Shown: one piece after another, positions 1-7,022 of the stretch
Layout of the letters: each line of letters opens with the position of its first letter
How positions within the stretch are numbered: the stretch's first letter is position 1
Assembly: GCA_049585595.1 (NCBI GenBank)
Contig: JBAVAG010000118.1
Location: 1,889 to 65,888 of the forward strand
From: Desulfobaccales bacterium
Lineage (GTDB): Bacteria > Desulfobacterota > Desulfobaccia > Desulfobaccales > 0-14-0-80-60-11
Length of the DNA stretch: 64,000 nucleotides
Direction: 5' to 3'
The notes under the pieces: generated by a model
What the model saw: the letters and a program-made list of their open reading frames with translations, nothing else
What the model was told of the DNA's origin: nothing
Databases searched by the model: none
Position numbers and translations under genes: made by a program

Positions 1-894
1 CACCTGCTCCGGGTGAAACCACCTGATCTCCGGGTCGGCCCGGAACCAGGTGAGCTGGCGCTTGGCGTAGCGCCGGGTGTCCACCTTAAGTGCATTGATG
101 GCCTCCTCCCAGGACCGCTCCCCCCTGAGGTATTGGCCCAAGTGCCGGTAGCCCAGGGACTGCAAAGGCTTTAGGTCCGGGGGATACCGCCCCAGCAGCT
201 CCTCCACCTCCTCTAGAAATCCCTGGGCCAGCATGGCCGTGAGGCGCAGGGCGATCCTGGACTGGAGTTCCTCCCGGGGAATTCTCAGGCCCAGCTTCAG
301 GATACGGTAGGGTGAGTCTCGGAAGCGATGGGCCTGGAAAAGTTCCGAGAGGGGCCGGTGGCTGGCCTCCATAACCTCCAGGGCCCGGAGAATCCGATAG
401 CGGTCGTGGGGGTGCAGGCGGGCGGCGGTGATCGGGTCCAGGGCCGCCAGGCGCTGGTGCAGGAGGAGAGGTCCCAGATCGGTAAGCTCCCTCTTGAGGC
501 GCACCCGGATTTCCCCCCGGGGCGAGCCCTCCTCAAAGAGGCCGTAGAGCATGGCCTTGAGATAGAGGCCGCTCCCCCCCACCACCAGGGGCGGTATGCC
601 GCGGGCATAAAGAGAGGCCAGCACGGCCCGGCCCTCCCGGGAGTAGCGGGCCGCGTCATAAGGTTCCGGGGGGCCGGCCACGTCCACGAGGTGGTGGGGC
701 ACGAGGAGGCGTTCCGCGGGGCTGGGCTTGGCGGTGCCGATATCGAGCTCGCGGTAGACCTGGAGGGAGTCGGCGTTGACGATCTCCCCCCCCAGCCTGC
801 GGGCCAATTTTAGGGCGACGGCGGTCTTGCCCACCGCGGTGGGGCCCACCAGCACCGCCACCGGGGATCGGTATTTGCTTGGGGAGGACGCCAT
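1..894 (-). CDS. miaA: tRNA dimethylallyltransferase MiaA; the C-terminus runs off the window start
   Basis: Minus-strand translation from ATG at 894 gives MASSPSKYRSPVAVLVGPTAVGKTAVALKLARRLGGEIVNADSLQVYRELDIGTAKP... It has a P-loop and an IPP-transferase-type body. There is no stop before position 1, so it is absent from the ORF track. Confidence 0.9.
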   Translation of the reverse strand, partial: MASSPSKYRSPVAVLVGPTAVGKTAVALKLARRLGGEIVNADSLQVYRELDIGTAKPSPAERLLVPHHLVDVAGPPEPYDAARYSREGRAVLASLYARGIPPLVVGGSGLYLKAMLYGLFEEGSPRGEIRVRLKRELTDLGPLLLHQRLAALDPITAARLHPHDRYRILRALEVMEASHRPLSELFQAHRFRDSPYRILKLGLRIPREELQSRIALRLTAMLAQGFLEEVEELLGRYPPDLKPLQSLGYRHLGQYLRGERSWEEAINALKVDTRRYAKRQLTWFRADPEIRWFHPEQV

Positions 895-902
895 TCTTAA
901 GG

Positions 903-1091
903 AGTAGCCAGTAGTCAGTAGTCAGTAGTCAGTAAATATTCTCTAAATATAATCTTAAAGCTTATTTCGCCGAAAACCAAAAACCGCCAACCGAGAACCA
1001 ACAGCCAGGGGTTAACCTCTATTTTCATCTCACGCAATGTCGCCAAGACGCCATCCGACTACTGACTACTGATTACTGACCACTGATCACT
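903..1091. repeat. Heptanucleotide-array inverted repeat filling the miaA-mutL spacer
   Basis: Left arm 903-936 is (CAGTAGT)n. Right arm 1057-1091 is (ACTGACT/ACTGATT)n, its complement. A central array 968-1006 reads CGAAAAC CAAAAAC CGCCAAC CGAGAAC CAACAGC. Confidence 0.85.
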
Positions 1092-1092
1092 A

Positions 1093-2856
1093 TTACCTAG
1101 GACGTCGAAAGCTCTGGTGGATGTCGCCGTAGGGGATCAGGCGCCACAGCGGGCGTCCGTGGGGGCAGTGGGAGGATACCGGGATTTCATCTAATTGGGC
1201 CAGCAATGCCTGAACGGCCTCCTCTTGCATAGGGTCCCCAGCCTTGAGGGCCCCCCGGCAGGCCATGAACTGGCAGGCCTGCTCCCGGATCGCCTGGGGC
1301 GAGGCGCCACCCTTCAAGGGGGACAAGGCCTCCACCGCCTCGGCCACCACCGCCTCCAGGTCGGCGTGGCTGAGAAAGGCCGGAGCCGCGGTGATCAAAA
1401 AGCTGGCCCCGCCAAAGTCAGAGAGGTCCAGGCCCGCCTGGGCCAGGACCTCCAGGTGCTCCCGGACCCAATCGGCCTGGGCGGTGGGAACCTCCACCAC
1501 CTTGGGGAAGAGCAGCGCCTGGCGGGTGGCCCCCGGTCCCTTGGCCTTAAAGGATTCATAGAGAACGCGTTCGTGGGCCGCGTGCTGGTCGATGAGGACC
1601 AGGCCCTCCGGGGACTGAGCCAGGATATAGGTGTTCTTTAACTGGCCGATGACCCGGAGGTCCTGGAAGCGCCAGGAGCGGGGGGAGGACGCCGGCGCCG
1701 GTCCGGGCGCCGGCCCCGGCGGCGGGGCCCAGGCGGCCGTCCCTCCCCAGGGGGCCGGGGACGACTCGATGAGTGAAGGCTCAGCCACCCTCGGGAAGTC
1801 GGGCTGCAAGGTCACCCGGTATCCGGGAGCGGCGCCGGAGAGCGGCCCCAGGGCCTGGCGCAGGGCCGCCAGCAGGAGGGCGTAGATTCGGCCCGGATCT
1901 TGAAAGCGCACCTGAGCCTTGGCCGGGTGGACGTTGACGTCCAAATCCGGGGCGGGGAGCGTCAGGTGGAGCACCGCCGCCGGATGGCGCCCCCGGGGCA
2001 GCAGGCCCGCGAACACCTCTTTCAGGACCGCCCCCAGAATGCGGTCCTGCACCACCCGGCGGTTCACCAGGAACACCTGGAAGCGGGAGCTGGCCAGGGA
2101 AAAATCTGGGTCGCTGATGAGCCCGCTGACCTCAAAGGGACCGGTCCCCAGGGACACCGGCAGCATCCGCGCCGCCGCTTCGGCGCCGTAGAGGGCCGCC
2201 ACCCGGGCCGGCAGCTCCTGGGGGCCCGGGGCGGTCAGCAGCACCCGGGTTGGCGTCTTCAGGGTGAAATGGACCTCCGGATACCCCAGGGCCAGCTGGC
2301 GCACCACCTCCACGATATAGGCCTGCTCTCCATCCTTGCTCTTCAGGAATTTGCGCCGGGCCGGGGTATTGAAAAAGAGCTCCGCGACCTCCACCTGGGT
2401 GCCGCCGGCAGCCGCCCAGGGAGAGGATTCTTGCAATTCCCCGGCCAGGGTCGCCAGCCGGAAGCCGGGGGAAGCGCCCGGCGGGCAGGTGACCAGGGTC
2501 AAGCGGCTCACCGCGGCGATGCTGGGCAAGGCCTCGCCCCGGAACCCCAGGGTGGTTATGTTGAGGAGGTCGGACTCATCCCTGAGCTTGCTGGTGGCGT
2601 GGCGCTCCAGGCTCAGGAGGGCCTCCTCCGGGGTCATGCCCCAGCCGTCGTCCACCACCCGCAGGCGCCGGCACCCCCCCTCCTCGATCTCCACCACCAG
2701 GGTCCGGGCCCCGGCGTCCAGGGAGTTTTCCACCAGCTCCTTGACCACCGCGGCGGGGCGGAGGATGACCTCCCCCGCGGCAATCTGGGCCGCCACCTGG
2801 GGCGCCAGCACCCGAATGGCCCGCTCTCTTTTTACCTCTTGCCTTGGCCCAGTCAC
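1093..2856 (-). CDS. mutL: DNA mismatch repair protein MutL
   Basis: IRVLAPQVAAQIAAGEVILRPAAVVKELVENSLDAGA (GHKL ATPase N-terminus) and a C-terminal dimerisation region. The ORF is open to 2997, but the extra N-terminus translates the heptamer repeats (TGNWELVT), so a GTG at 2856 is the more plausible start. The start remains uncertain. Confidence 0.9.
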   Translation of the reverse strand: MTGPRQEVKRERAIRVLAPQVAAQIAAGEVILRPAAVVKELVENSLDAGARTLVVEIEEGGCRRLRVVDDGWGMTPEEALLSLERHATSKLRDESDLLNITTLGFRGEALPSIAAVSRLTLVTCPPGASPGFRLATLAGELQESSPWAAAGGTQVEVAELFFNTPARRKFLKSKDGEQAYIVEVVRQLALGYPEVHFTLKTPTRVLLTAPGPQELPARVAALYGAEAAARMLPVSLGTGPFEVSGLISDPDFSLASSRFQVFLVNRRVVQDRILGAVLKEVFAGLLPRGRHPAAVLHLTLPAPDLDVNVHPAKAQVRFQDPGRIYALLLAALRQALGPLSGAAPGYRVTLQPDFPRVAEPSLIESSPAPWGGTAAWAPPPGPAPGPAPASSPRSWRFQDLRVIGQLKNTYILAQSPEGLVLIDQHAAHERVLYESFKAKGPGATRQALLFPKVVEVPTAQADWVREHLEVLAQAGLDLSDFGGASFLITAAPAFLSHADLEAVVAEAVEALSPLKGGASPQAIREQACQFMACRGALKAGDPMQEEAVQALLAQLDEIPVSSHCPHGRPLWRLIPYGDIHQSFRRPR

Positions 2857-2958
2857 TGGTTTATCATTTCCCCTTGAGGAGGGCTGTGACCCGGTTCTTC
2901 TTGACCCGCCCCGCCGGCCATCAAGACGGCCTTCTTCTGGCCCGCGGGGCCTTTTTAT

Positions 2959-3024
2959 AGTTACCAGTTCCCAGTTGCCAGTTCTCAGTAGGTCCACGGC
3001 GCTGGGAACTGGCTACTGGCGAAG
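2959..3024. repeat. Heptamer-array hairpin
   Basis: TTACCAG TTCCCAG TTGCCAG TTCTCAG (2959-2992) faces CTGGGAA CTGGCTA CTGGCGA (3001-3024) across an 8-nt loop. Confidence 0.8.
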
Positions 3025-3087
3025 AAAGATCTTGGAATCTTTAGATATTTCATGGTGAGCACTTCCCACCATTTTAAATCGAAACTT

Positions 3088-3125
3088 GGAACTGCTCACT
3101 GCTTACTGCTCACTGCTCACTGCTA
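3088..3125. repeat. Tandem heptamer array (CTCACTG/CTTACTG) x4-5 with no adjacent partner arm
   Basis: The sequence reads ggaaCTGCTCACTGCTTACTGCTCACTGCTCACTGCTa. Confidence 0.8.
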
Positions 3126-3160
3126 ATATACCAAAAAATCGCAGCAGAAGGGAGCCTTGC

Positions 3161-3334
3161 ATGGGCCGGGAGCGACCAGCAGACGCCCCCTTGCCGTCCC
3201 GGGAGGAACTGCTCCTGAAGGCGGCCAAGGAGATCGTGGTCAAGTTCATCGAGGTGGGCCGGGTCTCCCCCGCCTCCTTTAGTGACACCTTTAACCTGGT
3301 AATCGACACACTACGCCGATCCCTTAAGGATTAG
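3161..3334 (+). CDS. Small hypothetical protein (57 aa)
   Basis: ATG at 3161 is preceded by GAAGGGAG. Product is MGRERPADAPLPSREELLLKAAKEIVVKFIEVGRVSPASFSDTFNLVIDTLRRSLKD. The longer ORF from 3086 only translates the heptamer array. Confidence 0.5.
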   Translation: MGRERPADAPLPSREELLLKAAKEIVVKFIEVGRVSPASFSDTFNLVIDTLRRSLKD

Positions 3335-3335
3335 G

Positions 3336-3443
3336 ACAGTTTTCTGTTCACTGTTAACTCTTTTCTGTGAAAGCCCGAGGCCAGCCCCAATGGACCTTGG
3401 TTGAGACAGAAAACGGAAAACAGGAAACCGAAAACAGGAAACT
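3336..3443. repeat. Heptamer-array inverted repeat between the small ORF and rph
   Basis: Left arm 3336-3368 is TTTTCTG TTCACTG TTAACTC TTTTCTG. Right arm 3406-3443 is CAGAAAA CGGAAAA CAGGAAA CCGAAAA CAGGAAA. Confidence 0.8.
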
Positions 3444-3448
3444 AAGAG

Positions 3449-4189
3449 ATGATGCGCCGCAGCGGCGGGCGGGCTCGGGACCGGCTCCGGCCGGTGAGCC
3501 TCACCCCGGGCTACCTCGATTTTGCCGAAGGCTCCTGCCTGATAACCTGGGGCCGCACCCGGGTGGTGTGCGCCGCCACGGTGGTGGAGACGGTGCCGGC
3601 CTTTCGTCAATCCCGCGGCGGCGGCTGGGTTACCGCCGAATACGCCATGCTGCCCCGGGCGTCCCACAGCCGCCAGGAGCGGGAGTCCCGCCTGGGCCGG
3701 ATGGGGGGCCGGACCCAGGAGATCAGCCGCCTCATCGGGCGTTCGCTCAGGGCCGCGGTGGACCTGCAGGCCCTGGGAGCCCGCACCGTCATCCTGGACT
3801 GCGACGTCCTGCAGGCCGACGGCGGCACCCGCACCGCCAGCATCACCGGGGCCTACGTGGCCCTGGCCCTGGCCCTGGAAGGGTTGCGGCGCCAGGGCCT
3901 GCTGGCGGCCCTGCCCCTTTCCCAGCAGGTAGCCGCGGTGAGCGCCGGCGCCTACTGGGGTCAACTGCTGCTGGACCTGGACTATGAAGAGGATTCCCAG
4001 GCCGCGGTGGACGCCAACTTTGTGGGCACCGGCCAGAGCGAGCTCATCGAGGTGCAGGTCAGCGGCGAGGAGGGGCCCTTCCCGGTAGACCAGCTCCCGC
4101 AACTGCTGGCCCTGGCCCAGGAGGGTCTTAAGGAGCTTTTCCATCTCCAGGAGGAGGCCCTGCGCCCATGGATGCCCCTGTCCTGGTGA
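3449..4189 (+). CDS. rph: Ribonuclease PH
   Basis: LRPVSLTPGYLDFAEGSCLITWGRTRVVCAATV...GGGWVTAEYAMLPRAS...DCDVLQADGGTRTASITGAYVAL is a canonical RNase PH sequence. Confidence 0.95.
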   Translation: MMRRSGGRARDRLRPVSLTPGYLDFAEGSCLITWGRTRVVCAATVVETVPAFRQSRGGGWVTAEYAMLPRASHSRQERESRLGRMGGRTQEISRLIGRSLRAAVDLQALGARTVILDCDVLQADGGTRTASITGAYVALALALEGLRRQGLLAALPLSQQVAAVSAGAYWGQLLLDLDYEEDSQAAVDANFVGTGQSELIEVQVSGEEGPFPVDQLPQLLALAQEGLKELFHLQEEALRPWMPLSW

Positions 4190-4830
4190 TGGCCACGCGC
4201 TCGGTCGGCAAGATCCGGGAGCTGCGGCAAATCCTGGCAGACCTGGAGCTCTCCCTCTTGGGGTTGGACGATTTTCCGGGACTGCCGGAGATCACCGAAG
4301 AGGGATCGACCTTTGGGGCGAACGCCGAGACCAAGGCCCGGGAAGTGGTCCGGCTCACGGGGCTTCCGGCCCTGGCGGACGACTCCGGTTTGGAGGTGGC
4401 GGCACTCAAGGGCCGCCCCGGAGTCCATTCGGCCCGCTACGCCCAGGACCTTACCTTCCCGGCGGCCCCTGGCGACGCCAACAACTGGGGCAAACTCCTC
4501 AAGGAGATGCGGGAGATTCCCTGGGAGCAGCGCCAGGCCCGGTTCGTCTGCGAAATGGCCCTGGCCCTGCCGGACGGCCGCCTCTTCCGGGCCCGGGGGG
4601 AGTGCCCCGGCCGCATCTCGCTTAAGCCCCTGGGGACCCAGGGGTTCGGCTACGACCCGGTCTTCTGGGTGGAGGAGTACGGGGCCACCATGGCCCAACT
4701 GGGGTTGCTAGTGAAAAACCGCATCAGCCACCGGGCCCGGGCCCTCACCGCCATGCGGCGGATTTTGGCCGGGCTCAGGGAGGACTTGGCCCGATTCAGT
4801 AAAAGTCGGGACGTGGCGCAGCCTGGTTAG
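4189..4830 (+). CDS. rdgB: dITP/XTP pyrophosphatase (RdgB/HAM1 family)
   Basis: MATRSVGKIRELRQIL...ADDSGLEVAALKGRPGVHSARY...GFGYDPVF...SHRARAL. ATG at 4189 overlaps the rph TGA (TGATG); an alternative in-frame ATG lies at 4168. The stop TAG at 4828-4830 lies inside tRNA-Pro. Confidence 0.9.
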   Translation: MATRSVGKIRELRQILADLELSLLGLDDFPGLPEITEEGSTFGANAETKAREVVRLTGLPALADDSGLEVAALKGRPGVHSARYAQDLTFPAAPGDANNWGKLLKEMREIPWEQRQARFVCEMALALPDGRLFRARGECPGRISLKPLGTQGFGYDPVFWVEEYGATMAQLGLLVKNRISHRARALTAMRRILAGLREDLARFSKSRDVAQPG

Positions 4831-4884
4831 CGCGCCTGCTTTGGGAGCAGGAAGCCCCCGGTTCGAATCCGGGCGTCCCGACCA
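4807..4884 (+). tRNA. tRNA-Pro (anticodon TGG)
   Basis: CGGGACGTGGCGCAGCCTGGTTAGCGCGCCTGCTTTGGGAGCAGGAAGCCCCCGGTTCGAATCCGGGCGTCCCGACCA folds as a cloverleaf. The anticodon loop is TTTGGGA and CCA is encoded. Confidence 0.93.
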
Positions 4885-5308
4885 TTTTTAGAAGACACCC
4901 GCGGCCGCTCCTGCCGCCTCATTTCCCGGTAATCCCCCTATCAGTGACCGCTTCCGGGAAATTAACCAAATATTAATCAAACTAAAATTCAATTTTTACG
5001 AACTCAGGGTAACCTGCGGACATTCCCTTTCACCTGCTGAAACGGCTGGGCTGATGAAGACCCCTTATCCCGGGGGGCGCCTGATTTGCCCAGCCGTTGT
5101 TTCTGGTGGCAACAGGGACTGGCCAAAATCGGCCACCTGCGGAAAAGACGCAGTTCCAGGTGGCCTGCTACAATAGTCGCGGCCCCGGGTGGTAGTCCTT
5201 AAAATTTGCGCCTGGCTTCAATGCCCAGGCCGGAAGGGCTTGGTCTACCCCGTTTATACCGCACATCTGGCAAACCTTGGAGGTTCTTGCCGAGGAAGGT
5301 CAAAATCG

Positions 5309-5494
5309 ATGAATACCCCTAGAGATCAGTCAAAAAGGCAGGCTGTGGAGAATATCACCAATGAATTGCACAAGCTCTATCTGGCAGTGGTGGGCAAAGA
5401 GCCTGATCCGGAAGTGGTGCGGGCCGAAGCGGAATACTTTGTGGCGAAGTATGGGCCGGATGCCGACCTGAAAGAAATGTTTGGGTCAGTTTAG
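5309..5494 (+). CDS. Small hypothetical protein (61 aa)
   Basis: ATG at 5309 follows GAGGAAGG. Product is MNTPRDQSKRQAVENITNELHKLYLAVVGKEPDPEVVRAEAEYFVAKYGPDADLKEMFGSV. I recognise no family. Confidence 0.3.
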   Translation: MNTPRDQSKRQAVENITNELHKLYLAVVGKEPDPEVVRAEAEYFVAKYGPDADLKEMFGSV

Positions 5495-5627
5495 GCATCG
5501 CTTATAAAGTCATTCAATGATGGATTGCCATCAAGGTGAAGAAGAGGGCCTTGATGCAGCCAGGCTCAGCTATTCAAGAACCGGCGGCTAACGAAGCAAA
5601 TGCCAACCTGAGAGGGCCTCTGGTGCC

Positions 5628-5792
5628 ATGATCAGGTCCGAAACCAATTGTCCGCGTTGCGGGCAGGGGTCTCCAGCCCGTTTGCGGTGCAAGTTATGGA
5701 TGCGCCTGCTTCCGGCCAGCAGGTATTATAAATGCGGCTGGTGCGCGCTGAAATTTCTGGCCGCCGGCCTATGGACCTGGCGCTTTCCCTAG
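5628..5792 (+). CDS. Possible zinc-ribbon mini-protein (54 aa)
   Basis: Hand translation gives MIRSETNCPRCGQGSPARLRCKLWMRLLPASRYYKCGWCALKFLAAGLWTWRFP, with two CxxC pairs. It is below the ORF-track length cutoff. Confidence 0.3.
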   Translation: MIRSETNCPRCGQGSPARLRCKLWMRLLPASRYYKCGWCALKFLAAGLWTWRFP

Positions 5793-6385
5793 CAATATTT
5801 TGAAAATTCTTGCTCGAAGATGAGCCGCCTAAGCTTCAGTAAAGAAAAGCCAACAAATATGGCCGCCGGCCGACCTGGGAGGCGGCCAATTTTATGAGAG
5901 GGCTGGTTTCTGGCCAGTCCCTGAATAGCAATTTCTCGATTGCGGGGTACCGGAGAATCGGGGACCCGGGTGACCGGACGGCCAGGGCCGCTCCCTGCGG
6001 TAGTCTGATACTGCGCTCGCTGAGGACCTGATTAAGCCTCAGGTCGATAACCGGGATGAATTACCCAAGGTCAGCGCGGCAGGTAGGGGTGGAGAATTCC
6101 TTGGAGAGAAAAGAGGTAGTGGCCATGCTTATGGAAAGCCCCTTCTACTTCGATCTGCGGCCCCGGGAGCGGCTTTTGCTGGTGCGCCAATACCAACTTC
6201 GATTTTCCCGAAAAGTCAGGGCAGGCAATCCGGACCCTACGCTCCATGTGGCCTCGGAACGGAGGCAGGATGAGATGAGGTTCTGCCAACTACCTTCTGT
6301 CAGTTTGAAGACCATAAAAAAAAATGAGAATCCGGCCTGAGGCTGAAGTGCCGCGGCCATCATCCCATCCGGGGGGCAATCCTAG

Positions 6386-6751
6386 CTAGCTACTGAGGCA
6401 ATTGGCTACCAGGTGGCGAAGCCCGGGCCAGCCGAAGGGCTTGAAGTCATACCCCTCATCTTTGACCACGTAGGCGCCGATGGGGGACCTGGCCTTGGGT
6501 CCGGGACGCAGAATCACCACCGCAATCTCCCGATTCAACTCCCGGACCGCCTTCAGGAAGGGGCGTGTATCGGTCCAACCATTGCTCAAGCAGGTGATGA
6601 CCAGGCGAAAATTGCCGGCGCGCAGGGACTGAAAGGCTTCCCGGGTTTCGCCAGTGGTCATGACCCGGTGGCCGGCATCCGCTAAGAACCGGGCCAGGGG
6701 CGGAAAGATTTGGGAGCCATCACTGATTAGTAATATGTCGCCGTCATCCAT
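6386..6751 (-). CDS. CheY-like receiver-domain protein, atypical (Cys at the phospho-acceptor position)
   Basis: ATG at 6751 follows AGGAGG. MDDGDILLISD...FRLVITCLSNGW...IAVVILRP...DFKPF has a receiver-like beta/alpha pattern and a KPF motif, but LVITC replaces the usual LVxxD. Confidence 0.6.
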   Translation of the reverse strand: MDDGDILLISDGSQIFPPLARFLADAGHRVMTTGETREAFQSLRAGNFRLVITCLSNGWTDTRPFLKAVRELNREIAVVILRPGPKARSPIGAYVVKDEGYDFKPFGWPGLRHLVANCLSS

Positions 6752-7022
6752 GACTTTTCCTCCTGAATTCCAGGAGAGGGTCCTCTCTCCTGGCGTTGTT
6801 TTCAGGCAGCCGAGGTCGTGGCCCTGCCACCTTTCCAATCACGGAGGAGACCTCTGCCTGCCTGGTCAGGCACAACTTTACAAGGCCTGGGTTAATATTG
6901 GTTTAAGGTTCTGTTAATTATTTATGAATTTTTCTCGGGCTGTAGGGGGGTGAATCGAGGCTAGGGCGCCTTATCAGGTCCCGGATGGGACCAGCCACCG
7001 GGGGTTGGGAATGATTGGCAAT

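Noticed and set aside
903-1091. Heptamer arrays as a CRISPR array.
   Set aside because: The units are 7 nt and contiguous, with no spacers of 25-40 nt. No cas genes are present. The arms are inverted copies of each other. They are tandem micro-repeats, not CRISPR.
1900-2877. Long ORFs antisense to, or out of frame with, recognised genes. Examples: 328-813, 1900-2877, 3311-4144, 15293-16015, 17685-19130, 18884-20338, 25506-26732, 34093-35067, 37094-37852, 38776-39840, 43268-44242, 45163-46866, 48609-49925, 50581-51294, 58305-59003, 59040-60008, 60234-61223.
   Set aside because: High GC suppresses stop codons on all frames. These products are Arg/Gly/Pro/His-rich low-complexity strings with no recognisable motifs. 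Each is fully overlapped by a gene with clear family signatures on the other strand or in another frame.
2857-2997. N-terminal 47-aa extension of the mutL ORF, and the 3086-3160 extension of the small ORF.
   Set aside because: The extensions translate the heptamer repeats (TGNWELVT; LLTAYCSLLTA). MutL homology starts only near residue 60, and the small ORF has a good RBS at the internal ATG.
5113-5125. A 13-nt inverted match, CAGGGACTGGCCA at 5113-5125 versus 5911-5923.
   Set aside because: By my rough estimate tens of such 13-mer inverted matches are expected by chance in a window of this size. No flanking similarity is seen.
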